Shown: positions 1 through 9,928 of the stretch, piece by piece | How the letters are laid out: every line of letters begins with the position of its first letter | Position numbering within the stretch: position 1 is the first letter of the stretch | From: Deltaproteobacteria bacterium | GTDB taxonomy: Bacteria > Desulfobacterota > Binatia > DP-6 | Assembly: GCA_005888095.1 (NCBI GenBank) | Contig: VBKF01000140.1 | Coordinates: forward strand, 4,602 to 68,601 | Direction of reading: 5' to 3' | Length of the DNA stretch: 64,000 nt | The notes under the pieces: model-generated | The model's database searches: none | What the model saw: only the letters and a program-made list of their open reading frames with translations | What the model was told of the DNA's origin: nothing | Translations under genes and position numbers: made by a program

Positions 1-488
1 CCCACGCGACCTGGAACTGCAGCCGCAGGGCGTCCGGGTCGAGCGCATTCCGGCCAGGGATCACCTCATTGAGGCACCCGGCGCAACGCCTTGGCTTCCT
101 CGACGGCCGTGAGTCGAAATTAGGCCGTGCCTGCGCTCGGGCCGCTTCGCCAAGGCCGGGACGCTCGACGTCTGCCCCTCGACGCCCCGTGTTAATGCGC
201 CGCGGTGAAAAACGGCAACGACGAATCGAAGGGCATCTCCAACCGCGGTCAGCCTCGAGCCGCGCCGCCCACTCGCGGGTCAGCCGGAAGAAGCGCCGCG
301 CGACGCGAAGCTGACCGCGAGACCTGCCCCCGGACTCACCGTCGCGGCGCGGGCCGCCTACCGAGAAGATTCGACCGAAATACCAGGAGTATTCGTCCGA
401 AATGGCGAGCCATGGAACTATCGCGCCCGCGGCTGGCCTCCTAGATTAGAGCACTCCGTTCACGGCACACGTCATTGGAGGAGACAGC

Positions 489-2720
489 ATGCGCGCTCGC
501 GGCTTGACCGTTCCACTGCTCTGCTCGCTCGCGATCGTCGCCGGCGCTCCGGCTGCGCTGGCGGGAGGGAGCTCGCTCTACAGCGGCCCCGATCCACGCC
601 CCGGACCCGACGTGCTCTACGGGGCGCCCGCGGTCGCGCCGCAGCTCGAGAACGTCGGCGTCTGGTCCGCCGCGCCCATCCTCGTCTCCGGGGCGAGCGC
701 CTACCGCAGCGGCGAGTTCCTCTACCAGGACTTCCTCTACGACGATCACGGAGCGGCCGAGGCGCCGGACCCGACGGATCCCAAGGGCGGCGGGAACCTG
801 TTCTCGAAGCCGAACGGCACCTACACCTATCCGACCGATCCGGCGTACGCGAACGACGCGGCCGACCTGGTCGAGCTGCGCGTGAAGCCGCTCGCCGACG
901 CAACCGCGTTCCGGCTCACGCTGAACACCTTGAAGGACGTCTCGCTGGTGGCCTTCTCGATCGCCCTCGGCGGCACGCCGGGCGTGCTGCGAGGCTTCCC
1001 CGCGGGCGCCAATGTCCGGGCGCCCGCCGATCTCTTCCTCACCGTGCACCCTGCGGGGTCGGGCATGGCCGGCGACCTCGTGGACGCCGCCACGGCGCGG
1101 CCCGTCGGCGGCCCCGCTCCGCTGGTCGCGGTCGACACCGGCCATCGCCAGATCGAGGTGCGTGTGCCGCACGCCGCCTGGGACCCCGGAAGCCAGCTGG
1201 TCCGCCTGGCCGCCGGCGTGGGCCTGTGGGACAAGGCAAACGGCCGCTACCTGCTGCCGCAGGCCGCGGCCGACGCGGCGCACCCCGGCGGCGCCGGAAC
1301 GGCGGTCAGCCCGGCCGGCTTCTTCAACGTCGCCTTCCGCTACGACGAGCCGATGCCCGAGGTGGGCGATCCGACCGGCACCGCCACGGGCCCGGCCTGG
1401 TGGCGCGACAAGCACCAGGGCGAGGCGCTCGCCGCGGGCGACATCAGCGCGCTCCACGCCGACGTCGACTTCGCGAAGCTCGCCGCCGCGGTCAACGACG
1501 ACATGCCCGGCCAGCCGGGCGGTGTACCGCAGACCGGCCCCATGGACCGCATCCTGGTGAGCCAGTTCGAGACCGGGCAGGGCGCGGATTTCTCCGTCAA
1601 CTGCTTCCCCGGGTCGACGAGCGGCGGCACCAACTGCCCGGGCCAGTACCAGGGCGTCCTCCAGCCGTATGCCATCTACGTTCCCTCGGGGCCGATGCCG
1701 CGGCGGGGCTACGGGATGACGCTGCTCCTGCACTCGCTGTCGACGAACTACAACCAGTACCTCGGCAGCCGAAACCAGTCGCAGTTCGGCGACCGCGACG
1801 GCGGCTCGATCGTCATCACGCCCGAATCGCGCGGTCCCGACGGGTTCTACGACAGCTACGCCGGGGCCGACGTCTTCGAGGTGTGGGCCGACGTCGCGCG
1901 CCGCTACCGCCTGGACCCCGACTGGAGCGTGATCACGGGCTACTCGATGGGCGGCCTCGGCACGTTCAAGCTCGCCGAGCAGTTCCCCGACCTGTTCGCA
2001 AAGGCGCAGCCGACCGTAGGCTTCAGCGGCGACGACAACCTGGTCGCCTCGCTGCGCAACATCCCGTTCCTGATGTGGAACTCGTTGGTCGACGAGCTGG
2101 TCCCGCCGACCGACTACATTCCCACCGCCGAGAAGTTCGACAGCCTCGGCTACCGCTACGAGCTCGACGTCTTCACGCCGAGCGAGCACCTGACGCTCGC
2201 GATCAACGATCAGTTCGCGCCGGCCGCCGCGTTCCTCGACCTGGTAAAGGTGAACCGCAACCCCGCGCACGTCACCTACGTGGTCGACCCGACCCTCGAC
2301 TACCCCGCGCTCGGCTTCGTCGCCGACCACGCGTACTGGCTGTCCGGCATCAAGCTGCGCAGCGCGACGCCGCCGGTCACCGGCGGCCACGCCCAGGGCA
2401 GCATCGACGCGCTCTCATACGGGTTCGGCACGGGCGACCCGACCCCGTCGGACACGCAGTTCGGCACGGGCACGCTCACCGGCGGCAACCTCCCCACGCC
2501 GCTCGTCTTCACCCGCCAGTTCCGGACGTGGGGCCCCGTGCCGAGCATCCCACGGCTGAGGCGCATCGACCTCGCCGCGCGGAACATCACCGCCGTCACG
2601 ATCAACGTCCGGCGGGCCAACGTGGGCTGCGGCGTCGACCTGCACGTCGACACCGACGGACCGATGACGATCGAGCTCGCCGGCTGCGGGCGGACGATCG
2701 CGGCGGGGGGCGGCGCGTAG
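489..2720 (+). CDS. Secreted alpha/beta-hydrolase (esterase/peptidase S9-like) with a large N-terminal beta-rich region
   Basis: RBS GGAGGAG before ATG; signal peptide (LLCSLAIVAGAPAALA); GYSMGG nucleophile elbow; DELV and EH candidate triad residues; high GC3. Confidence 0.75.
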   Translation: MRARGLTVPLLCSLAIVAGAPAALAGGSSLYSGPDPRPGPDVLYGAPAVAPQLENVGVWSAAPILVSGASAYRSGEFLYQDFLYDDHGAAEAPDPTDPKGGGNLFSKPNGTYTYPTDPAYANDAADLVELRVKPLADATAFRLTLNTLKDVSLVAFSIALGGTPGVLRGFPAGANVRAPADLFLTVHPAGSGMAGDLVDAATARPVGGPAPLVAVDTGHRQIEVRVPHAAWDPGSQLVRLAAGVGLWDKANGRYLLPQAAADAAHPGGAGTAVSPAGFFNVAFRYDEPMPEVGDPTGTATGPAWWRDKHQGEALAAGDISALHADVDFAKLAAAVNDDMPGQPGGVPQTGPMDRILVSQFETGQGADFSVNCFPGSTSGGTNCPGQYQGVLQPYAIYVPSGPMPRRGYGMTLLLHSLSTNYNQYLGSRNQSQFGDRDGGSIVITPESRGPDGFYDSYAGADVFEVWADVARRYRLDPDWSVITGYSMGGLGTFKLAEQFPDLFAKAQPTVGFSGDDNLVASLRNIPFLMWNSLVDELVPPTDYIPTAEKFDSLGYRYELDVFTPSEHLTLAINDQFAPAAAFLDLVKVNRNPAHVTYVVDPTLDYPALGFVADHAYWLSGIKLRSATPPVTGGHAQGSIDALSYGFGTGDPTPSDTQFGTGTLTGGNLPTPLVFTRQFRTWGPVPSIPRLRRIDLAARNITAVTINVRRANVGCGVDLHVDTDGPMTIELAGCGRTIAAGGGA

Positions 2721-2786
2721 ATCGCCCGGGCCCGGGCAGCGCGGCGCCCAGGTTGCACTCCGGCGCATCGGTTGATAGACCTATTT

Positions 2787-2805
2787 TCGGTCCGTAATCG
2801 GTCCG
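2787..2805 (+). promoter_or_regulatory. Candidate TA autoregulatory operator (TCGGTCCG direct repeat)
   Basis: TCGGTCCG-TAA-TCGGTCCG directly upstream of the antitoxin ATG in an AT-richer stretch. Confidence 0.4.
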
Positions 2806-2812
2806 ACGAACC

Positions 2813-3094
2813 ATGAAGCCAAGCGTCGCCGTCAAACCCATAAGTCTCTTCAAGGCTCACGCCGCGGAGATTCTTCGTGACGTCTCCGAACGGCGCGGCA
2901 CGGTGATCCTCACGCAGAACGGCGAGGCGAAAGCGGTGATCCAGGACGTTCGGGATTGGGAGGATCTGCAGGAGAGCCTCGCGCTTCTGAGGATCGTTGC
3001 GCAGAGCCGCAAGAGCGTGCAGGCAGGACGCGTCGCCCCGCTGGACGTGGCGATGCGTCGGGTTCGCCGCCGCGTGCGGCCGCGTCGAGGGTGA
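2813..3094 (+). CDS. Type II antitoxin, Phd/YefM family
   Basis: VKPISLFKAHAAEILRDV...VILTQNGEAKAVIQDV pattern; 93 aa; GTGA overlap with the toxin. Confidence 0.88.
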   Translation: MKPSVAVKPISLFKAHAAEILRDVSERRGTVILTQNGEAKAVIQDVRDWEDLQESLALLRIVAQSRKSVQAGRVAPLDVAMRRVRRRVRPRRG

Positions 3095-3414
3095 CCCACC
3101 GGGTCCTCGTCGCCCGCGACGCCGAGGACGATCTCGTCGACCTCCACGGGTGGCTCGCTGCCCGCGAATCGGTCGAGCGCGCCGATGAGGTGCTCGACCG
3201 TATCCAGAACGCCTGCGCTGGCCTGCGGCGCCTGCCTGCGCGCGGCCATGTCACTCCCGAACTCGCGCGCGTCGGAGTGTTCGACTTCCGCGAGGTCCAT
3301 GTCGGGCCCTACAGGATCATCTACGAGATGGGCGGTCGGGTCGTTTGGGTCCTCGCCGTGCTCGACGGCCGACGCGACATCCAGGACGTCCTGGCCCGGC
3401 GGCTTCTGCGCTGA
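3091..3414 (+). CDS. Type II toxin, RelE/ParE family
   Basis: GTG start overlapping the antitoxin stop; AEDDL...PARG...YRIIYE...VLAVLDGRRD pattern. Confidence 0.88.
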   Translation: MTHRVLVARDAEDDLVDLHGWLAARESVERADEVLDRIQNACAGLRRLPARGHVTPELARVGVFDFREVHVGPYRIIYEMGGRVVWVLAVLDGRRDIQDVLARRLLR

Positions 3415-3598
3415 CCAAGGAGCGGGGAACCTCGAGAGGGGCCTCAGCTGGAGAGCGCCGCTTTGCCGGATCGACCGACCGGCCCCACCGCCCACCACCG
3501 GGCACAACACCTCGCGCTTCAGCCGCTGCCAACGCTTCCGCGGCTCGCACCTTGTTCGCCCATTTGATATGCGGGAAATTTCCACCGACCCGCTGCGT

Positions 3599-4738
3599 AT
3601 GCACGACATCCAGGGTAGACCCACGGTCGCCGAGGTGAGCCTCGGGGCGCTGCGCACGAATCTCCGTGCCGCCCGGGACCTCGTCGGTCCGGGGGTGAAG
3701 GTGCTCGCTGTCGTCAAGGCCGACGGGTACGGCCACGGCGCGGTCGCGGCGGCGCGCGCCTTCGTCGAAGCGGGGGCCGCGGCGCTCGGCGTGTCCACGG
3801 TCGAGGAGGGCACGGAGCTCCGGCGGGCGGGCGTCCGGGGCCCGGTCGTGGTGCTCGGGGGCGCTTTTCCGGGCGAGGAGACCGCCGTCGTCGCGGGCGA
3901 CCTCGAGGTCGCCGTCTGGACGCGCGCCGCAGCCGAGGCGCTGGCGGCGGCGGCCCGGGCGGCCGGGCGGATGATCGGCATCCATATCAAGGTGGAGACC
4001 GGCATGACCCGGCTCGGCCTCGACCCGGCCGACGTCGGCGCCTTCGGTGCCGCCGTCCGCGAGCTGCCCGGTCTGTCCATGGCAGGGGTCTTCTCCCACT
4101 TCGCCTCGGCCGACGCGGTCGACACCGCCTCGGCCCGCGCCCAGGTCGAGCGCTTTCGCGCGGCCGTCGAGGCGCTCGCTGCCGCCGGCGTGCGCCCGGC
4201 CGAGGTGCACCTCGCGAACAGCGCCGCGGTCCTCTCCGCGCCCGCCGCGCACTTCACGATGGTACGGCCGGGGATCATGCTCTACGGCTACGCGCCGGCG
4301 CCCCACCTTCGCGCGCAGGCACGTTTGCTCCCCGCCATGCGGCTGCAGACCCGCATCGCCCAGACGCGACGGGTCGCCGCGGGGACGCCCGTCGGCTACG
4401 CCGGCACCTGGCTGGCCGCGCGGCCGAGCACGATCGCTGTCCTGCCGCTCGGCTACGCCGACGGTTACCACCGGCTCGCGTCCAACCGCGCCCAGGTGCT
4501 CGTCCGGGGCCGGCGCGCGCCGGTTGCAGGCCGGGTCTGCATGGACCACACGATGATCGATGTGACCGACGCGGGCGAGGTGAGGGCAGGGGACCCGGTC
4601 GTCCTCTTCGGGAGCCAGGATGGCGCTTCCATCTGGGCGGACGAGCTGGCCGGCTGGGTGGAGACCATCGCCTACGAGGTCCTGACCTCGGTCGGGAAGC
4701 GCGTGCCGCGCGTGTATGTGGACGACTTCGATGCCTAG
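3599..4738 (+). CDS. alr: Alanine racemase
   Basis: AVVKADGYGHG PLP-Lys motif, HIKVETGMTRLG, GYADG, GRVCMD; start could be 3569 or 3599. Confidence 0.96.
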   Translation: MHDIQGRPTVAEVSLGALRTNLRAARDLVGPGVKVLAVVKADGYGHGAVAAARAFVEAGAAALGVSTVEEGTELRRAGVRGPVVVLGGAFPGEETAVVAGDLEVAVWTRAAAEALAAAARAAGRMIGIHIKVETGMTRLGLDPADVGAFGAAVRELPGLSMAGVFSHFASADAVDTASARAQVERFRAAVEALAAAGVRPAEVHLANSAAVLSAPAAHFTMVRPGIMLYGYAPAPHLRAQARLLPAMRLQTRIAQTRRVAAGTPVGYAGTWLAARPSTIAVLPLGYADGYHRLASNRAQVLVRGRRAPVAGRVCMDHTMIDVTDAGEVRAGDPVVLFGSQDGASIWADELAGWVETIAYEVLTSVGKRVPRVYVDDFDA

Positions 4739-6278
4739 GGTTGCCCGCGCGCTTCTCAGCGTCAGCGACAAGCGCGGGCTCGTCGACTTCGCCCGTGGTC
4801 TCGCCGACGTCGACGTCGAGCTGCTGTCCACCGGCGGCACCGCCAAGCTCCTCGCCGACGCGGGTCTGCGGGTCACCCAGGTGAGCGACTACACGGGCTT
4901 TCCCGAGATGCTCGACGGCCGCGTGAAGACGCTCCACCCGAGGATCCACGCGGGGCTCCTCGGGCGCCGCGACGTCCCCACGCACGTCGCCGAGATGCGC
5001 GCCCACGCGATCGAGCCGATCGACCTCGTCGCCGTGAACCTCTATCCGTTCCGCGAGACCGTGGTCCGGCCGGGCACGACGCTCGACGACGCGATCGAGC
5101 AGATCGACATCGGCGGGCCCTCCATGCTGCGCTCGGCCGCCAAGAACCACGCGCACGTGACCGTCATCGTCGACCCGGACGACTACGAGCCCGTGCTCGC
5201 CGAGCTGCGGGCCGCGGGCGGCACGGTCTCCGTCGCCACCAACCGCCGCCTCGCCCAGAAGGTCTTCTGCGCGACGGCGTGCTACGACGGCGCGATCGCG
5301 GACTACCTGGGTGCGCTCGGGGAGGGGACGCGCTTCGGCGCCTCGTTCCACTGGGGCGGGCCGAAGGCGCTCGACCTGCGCTACGGCGAGAACCCGCACC
5401 AGGCGGCGTCGCTCTACGGGGACTTCCTGAAGGTCGCCGAGCCGCTGCACGGCAAGGAGCTCTCCTACAACAATGTGGTCGACATCGACGCCGCGCTCGC
5501 CCTCGCCGAGGAGTTCCGGGCGCGGCCGGAAGCGGCCGTCGCCATCCTCAAGCACAACACGCCGTGCGGCGTCGGCCTCGGGCGCGACCCGCTCGAGGCC
5601 TGGAAGCGGGCCTACGCGACCGATCCGGAATCGCCCTTCGGCGGCATCGTCGTCTCGACCAGGCCGTGGACGCTCCCGCTCGCATGGGCCGTCGACGAGA
5701 TCTTCACCGAGGTCCTGATCGCGCCCGGCTTCGAGCCCGACGCGCTCGAGCTGCTCGAGCGCAAGAAGCAGCGCAGGCTCGTGCGCTGGCATCCCGAGGC
5801 GAACGAGGTCCGCGCGCCCGCCATCCGCGGCGTGGTGCGCGGGGTGTTGGTCCAGGACCAGGACCGCGCGATCGAGGACCCGCGCGAGGCGCGCGTGGTG
5901 ACGCGGCGGCGGCCGACGCCCGAGGAGCTCCTGGCGCTCGCCTTCGCCTGGCGCGTCGTCAAGCACGTCAAGTCGAACGCCATCGCCTTCACCACCGCCG
6001 ACCGTACGCTCGCCCTCGGCGGCGGGCAGACCTCGCGCGTCGAGCCGGTGCGCAACGCGCGCGCCCGCGCCGAGCGGCTCGGCATCTCGCTCAGCGGCTC
6101 GGTGGTGGGCAGCGACGCCTTCTTCCCGTTCCCCGACGGCCTCGAGGAGGCGCTCGAGGCGGGTGCCACGGCCGTCATCCAGCCGGGCGGCAGCACGCGT
6201 GACGAAGAGGTCATCCGGGCGGCCGACGCGCGCGGCGCCGCGATGGTCTTCACCGGCGTGCGCCACTTCCGGCACTGA
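4731..6278 (+). CDS. purH: Bifunctional AICAR transformylase/IMP cyclohydrolase
   Basis: ALLSVSDK, STGGT, GRVKTLHP, LRYGENPHQ, SDAFFPF, TGVRHFRH. Confidence 0.98.
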   Translation: MPRVARALLSVSDKRGLVDFARGLADVDVELLSTGGTAKLLADAGLRVTQVSDYTGFPEMLDGRVKTLHPRIHAGLLGRRDVPTHVAEMRAHAIEPIDLVAVNLYPFRETVVRPGTTLDDAIEQIDIGGPSMLRSAAKNHAHVTVIVDPDDYEPVLAELRAAGGTVSVATNRRLAQKVFCATACYDGAIADYLGALGEGTRFGASFHWGGPKALDLRYGENPHQAASLYGDFLKVAEPLHGKELSYNNVVDIDAALALAEEFRARPEAAVAILKHNTPCGVGLGRDPLEAWKRAYATDPESPFGGIVVSTRPWTLPLAWAVDEIFTEVLIAPGFEPDALELLERKKQRRLVRWHPEANEVRAPAIRGVVRGVLVQDQDRAIEDPREARVVTRRRPTPEELLALAFAWRVVKHVKSNAIAFTTADRTLALGGGQTSRVEPVRNARARAERLGISLSGSVVGSDAFFPFPDGLEEALEAGATAVIQPGGSTRDEEVIRAADARGAAMVFTGVRHFRH

Positions 6279-6284
6279 GGCGGC

Positions 6285-7586
6285 ATGCGGGTCCTCGTGA
6301 TCGGCGGCGGCGGGCGCGAGCACGCGCTCTGCTGGAAGCTCCGGCAGAGCCCGCGGCTCACGGCGCTCTACTGCGCGCCCGGCAACGCCGGCATCGCGCG
6401 GGTGGCGGAGTGCGTGCCGGTCTCGGCCGACGACCTGAACAAGCTCCTCCGCTTCGCCAGGGAGCAGGCGATCGACCTGACGGTCGTCGGGCCCGAGCTG
6501 CCGCTGACCATGGGGCTCGTCGACCGCTTTGCCGCCGCGGGGCTCCGCGCCTTCGGCCCGACCGCCGCCGCGGCGCGCCTCGAGGGCTCGAAGGCCTTCA
6601 CCAAGGAGCTGCTCCGTCACGCGCGCGTGCCGACCGCGTTCTTCGGCGTATTCACCGAGGCCGACGACGCCGTGCGCTACGTCAACGAGGTCGGCGCGCC
6701 CGTGGTCGTCAAGGCCGACGGCATCGCCGGCGGCAAGGGCGTCTTCATCTGCCGCACGGTCGCCGAGGCGGAGGAGGCGATCGACGAGCTCATGCGCGGC
6801 CGTCTGTTCGGCGACGCGGGCAGCCGGGTGGTGGTCGAGGAATTCCTGGAGGGTGAGGAGGTGTCCTTCATGGCGCTCTCGGACGGCACGACCGTGGTGC
6901 CGCTCGCCACCTCGCAGGACCACAAGCGCGTGCTCGACGGCGACCAGGGCCCGAACACCGGCGGCATGGGCGCCTGCTCGCCCGCGCCCGTCGTGACCGC
7001 GGCGCTCGAGGCCGAGATCATGCAGCAGATCATCGAGCCGGTGGTCCAGGCGCTCGCGAAGCAGGGGACGCCGTACGCCGGCGTCCTCTACGCGGGCCTC
7101 ATGCTCCAGGACGGGCGCCCGAAGGTGCTCGAGTTCAACGTGCGCTTCGGCGACCCCGAGGCGGAGGTCATCCTCGCCCGCCTGCGCTCGGACCTGCTCG
7201 AGCTCCTGGTCCGCACCTGCGAGGGCCGGCTCGCGGGCGAGACGATCGAGTGGGACCCGCGCGCGGCGGTGTGCGTCGTGCTCGCCGCCGAGGGCTACCC
7301 GGGCGCGGTCGAACGGGGGCGAAGGATCGACGGGCTCGAGCACCTCGCGGGCTGGGCTCAAGGGATGGTCTTTCACGCCGGCACGCGGATCGACGACGGC
7401 CGGCTCGTCACCGACGGCGGGCGCGTGCTCGGCGTGACGGCGCTCGGCGACACGATCGACGCGGCGGTGGCCGAGGCCTACGCCGCCGTCGATCGCATCC
7501 GGTGGCCCGGGATGCACTTCCGGCGCGACATCGGGCACCGCGCCCTGGCCCGGGAGCGAAAGGACGGTCAGCATGGCGGTGCGTGA
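6285..7586 (+). CDS. purD: Phosphoribosylamine-glycine ligase
   Basis: [39 protein letters not shown]. Confidence 0.98.
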   Translation: MRVLVIGGGGREHALCWKLRQSPRLTALYCAPGNAGIARVAECVPVSADDLNKLLRFAREQAIDLTVVGPELPLTMGLVDRFAAAGLRAFGPTAAAARLEGSKAFTKELLRHARVPTAFFGVFTEADDAVRYVNEVGAPVVVKADGIAGGKGVFICRTVAEAEEAIDELMRGRLFGDAGSRVVVEEFLEGEEVSFMALSDGTTVVPLATSQDHKRVLDGDQGPNTGGMGACSPAPVVTAALEAEIMQQIIEPVVQALAKQGTPYAGVLYAGLMLQDGRPKVLEFNVRFGDPEAEVILARLRSDLLELLVRTCEGRLAGETIEWDPRAAVCVVLAAEGYPGAVERGRRIDGLEHLAGWAQGMVFHAGTRIDDGRLVTDGGRVLGVTALGDTIDAAVAEAYAAVDRIRWPGMHFRRDIGHRALARERKDGQHGGA

Positions 7587-8103
7587 AGGCCGGCCGCAGG
7601 TCGGCATCGTGATGGGCAGCGACAGCGACTGGGAGACGATGGAGGGGGCGGCGGAGCGTCTGGCAGCGTTCGAGATCCCCTACGAGGTCCAGGTCGTCTC
7701 GGCGCACCGCTCGCCGAAGGCCGTGATGCAATACGCGCAGAGCGCGCGGCGGCGCGGGCTCGGCGTGATCATCGCCGGCGCGGGCGGCGCGGCGCACCTG
7801 GGCGGCGTGGTTGCCGCCTACACGACGCTGCCGGTGATCGGTGTGCCCGTCGCGTCGACCCCGCTCCAGGGGCTCGACGCGCTGCTCGCCACCGTGCAGA
7901 TGCCGGGCGGCGTGCCGGTCGCCACCGTCGCCATCGGGCGGTCCGGGGCGGAGAATGCCGGCGTGCTGGCGGCGCAGATCCTGGCGCTTCGCAGCCGGCC
8001 GCTCCGCGAGCGGCTCGAGCGCTTCAAGACGGAGCTGGCCGAGAGCGTCGAGGGGAAGAACTTGCGCCTGCAGAGGAAGATCTCGCCTGAGAGCAACGAC
8101 TGA
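7573..8103 (+). CDS. purE: N5-CAIR mutase
   Basis: [34 protein letters not shown]. Confidence 0.97.
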   Translation: MAVREGRPQVGIVMGSDSDWETMEGAAERLAAFEIPYEVQVVSAHRSPKAVMQYAQSARRRGLGVIIAGAGGAAHLGGVVAAYTTLPVIGVPVASTPLQGLDALLATVQMPGGVPVATVAIGRSGAENAGVLAAQILALRSRPLRERLERFKTELAESVEGKNLRLQRKISPESND

Positions 8104-8686
8104 GGCGGCGGTCGCGGCGCTCGCCGCCGGGGCGCTCGTCGTCTTCCCCACCGAGACGGTCTACGGCCTCGGCGCCGACGCGCTGTCGGCGGACGCGGTC
8201 GCGCGGCTCCTGGCCGTGCGAGGTCGAGAGGAGGGGAAGCCGATCCTGGTGCTGGTCGCGGACCTCGCGATGGCGGAGACGGTGGCGGCGGTGATCCCGC
8301 CGGCCGCGCGGCGGCTCGCGGCGCGCTTCTGGCCGGGGCCGCTGACTCTCGTGCTGCCGGCGCGCGCGCGCCTGCCGGCGCCGCTCACCGCGGGCTCCGG
8401 GACGATCGGCGTCCGCGTGCCGGGGCACCCCGTCGCCGCGGCGCTGGTCGCGGGCCTCGGCCGCCCGATCACGGCGCCGAGCGCCAATCCGCCGGGTCGG
8501 ACGCCCCCGAAGCTGATCGACGACGCGCGCGCCTGCTTCGGCGACGGTGTCGCCGTCTACCTCGACGGCGGCGAGCTCGCGGGCGGCGCCTCCACCGTCG
8601 CGGCGGTCGAGGAGGGGCGCGTGCGCGTGCTGCGCCCCGGGCGCGTGTCGAATGAGGCGCTCAGCCGGGCGCTCGAGGGCGACTGA
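8087..8686 (+). CDS. tsaC: L-threonylcarbamoyladenylate synthase (TsaC/YrdC)
   Basis: [21 protein letters not shown] motifs; start uncertain, CTG at 8087 follows GAGGA. Confidence 0.9.
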   Translation: MRATTEAAVAALAAGALVVFPTETVYGLGADALSADAVARLLAVRGREEGKPILVLVADLAMAETVAAVIPPAARRLAARFWPGPLTLVLPARARLPAPLTAGSGTIGVRVPGHPVAAALVAGLGRPITAPSANPPGRTPPKLIDDARACFGDGVAVYLDGGELAGGASTVAAVEEGRVRVLRPGRVSNEALSRALEGD

Positions 8687-8687
8687 G

Positions 8688-9878
8688 GTGGCCGTCGTCC
8701 GCCCGCTCCAGGGCCTTCGCTACGACCCGGCCCGCGCCGGCGACCTGGGCCTCGTGCTTGCCCCGCCTTACGACGTCATCACGCCGCGCGAGCAGGCCGA
8801 GCTCCACGCGCGGAGCCCGTACAACGTGATCCGGCTCATCCTGCCCGAGGAGGCGGACCGCGGCGCCGCAGCGGCGCGCACGCTCCGCGAGTGGGTGGCG
8901 CGGGGGCTCCTCGTGCGCGACCCGACGCCCGCGGTCTACCTCTACTCCCAGCGCTTCAGCCTGCCCGACGGCACGAGCCGCCGGCGCGACGGCCTCCTCT
9001 GCCGGCTCCGTCTCGAGAAGTTCGGCGCGGGCATCGTCCGCCCGCACGAGCGCACGCTGCCCGGCCCGAAGGCCGACCGCCTCGCGATCCTGCGCGCCAC
9101 GGGCGCCAACCTGAGCCCGATCTTCGGCCTCTACGCCCGCCCCGGCGAGCCCGTGCGCGCGCTCGTCGGGGCGCTCGGCGAGCCCGTCGTCGACGTGAAC
9201 GACTGGCACCAGCTCTGGCGGCTGACGGATCCCGCCGTGATCGCGCGCATCGAAGCCGCGCTCGCGCCCGAGACCATCATCATCGCCGACGGCCATCACC
9301 GCTACGAGACCGCGCTTCAGTACCGCGACGAGCAGCGCGGGAACGAGGCCGCGGCGTATGTCCTCGCCTACCTGGCCAACATGGAGGAGGAGGGGGTGGT
9401 GATCCTCCCCACGCACCGTCTGGTGCGGGGCCCGCTGCCGGCGCGCCTCGACGAGCGTCTCCGCGAGACATTCGAGGTGGAGCCGCTGCCGGCGGCGCGA
9501 CGTCGCGCGGGCGAGATCGACTGCGTGCTTCCCGACCGCCGCCTCCGCCTCCGTCCCCGGCCAGCCGCGCTCGCGCGCCTCGCTGCCCTGCCGGCAGTGC
9601 TCCGCACGCTCGACGTCGAGCTCCTGCACCGCGCGATCCTGGCGCCGATCCTCGGCGTCGACGCCGCCGTCCTCGAGTTCACGCACGACGACGACGAGGC
9701 GGCCGACGCCGTCGCGGCCGGGCATGCGGCGGCCGCCTTCCTCCTGAACCCGCCGTCGATCGCCGCGGTGCGCGCGGTGTGCCTGGCGGGCGAGCTGATG
9801 CCCGAGAAGTCGACCTACTTCTACCCGAAGCTCGCGACCGGCCTCGTCCTCTCGCTCGTCGGGCCGCCGTGGGTGTGA
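8688..9878 (+). CDS. DUF1015 family protein (ParB/Srx-like fold)
   Basis: PPYDVI, PHERT, IADGHHRYETA, MPEKSTYFYPK; GTG start. Confidence 0.9.
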   Translation: MAVVRPLQGLRYDPARAGDLGLVLAPPYDVITPREQAELHARSPYNVIRLILPEEADRGAAAARTLREWVARGLLVRDPTPAVYLYSQRFSLPDGTSRRRDGLLCRLRLEKFGAGIVRPHERTLPGPKADRLAILRATGANLSPIFGLYARPGEPVRALVGALGEPVVDVNDWHQLWRLTDPAVIARIEAALAPETIIIADGHHRYETALQYRDEQRGNEAAAYVLAYLANMEEEGVVILPTHRLVRGPLPARLDERLRETFEVEPLPAARRRAGEIDCVLPDRRLRLRPRPAALARLAALPAVLRTLDVELLHRAILAPILGVDAAVLEFTHDDDEAADAVAAGHAAAAFLLNPPSIAAVRAVCLAGELMPEKSTYFYPKLATGLVLSLVGPPWV

Positions 9879-9928
9879 GGCGCTCGGGGCCTTTTGCGTC
9901 GTCGCCGGGCAACCCGTAAGAAGGCTCC

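Noticed and set aside
1..200. Possible gene end or start at the window edge
   Set aside because: Frames on both strands are open but too short to assign
4275..7607. 1110-aa minus-strand ORF, and similar long antisense ORFs at 18955-22974, 30006-33116 and 441-2390
   Set aside because: Shadow frames of high-GC3 genes (purH/purD, gdhB, nrdJ, esterase) with no recognisable motifs
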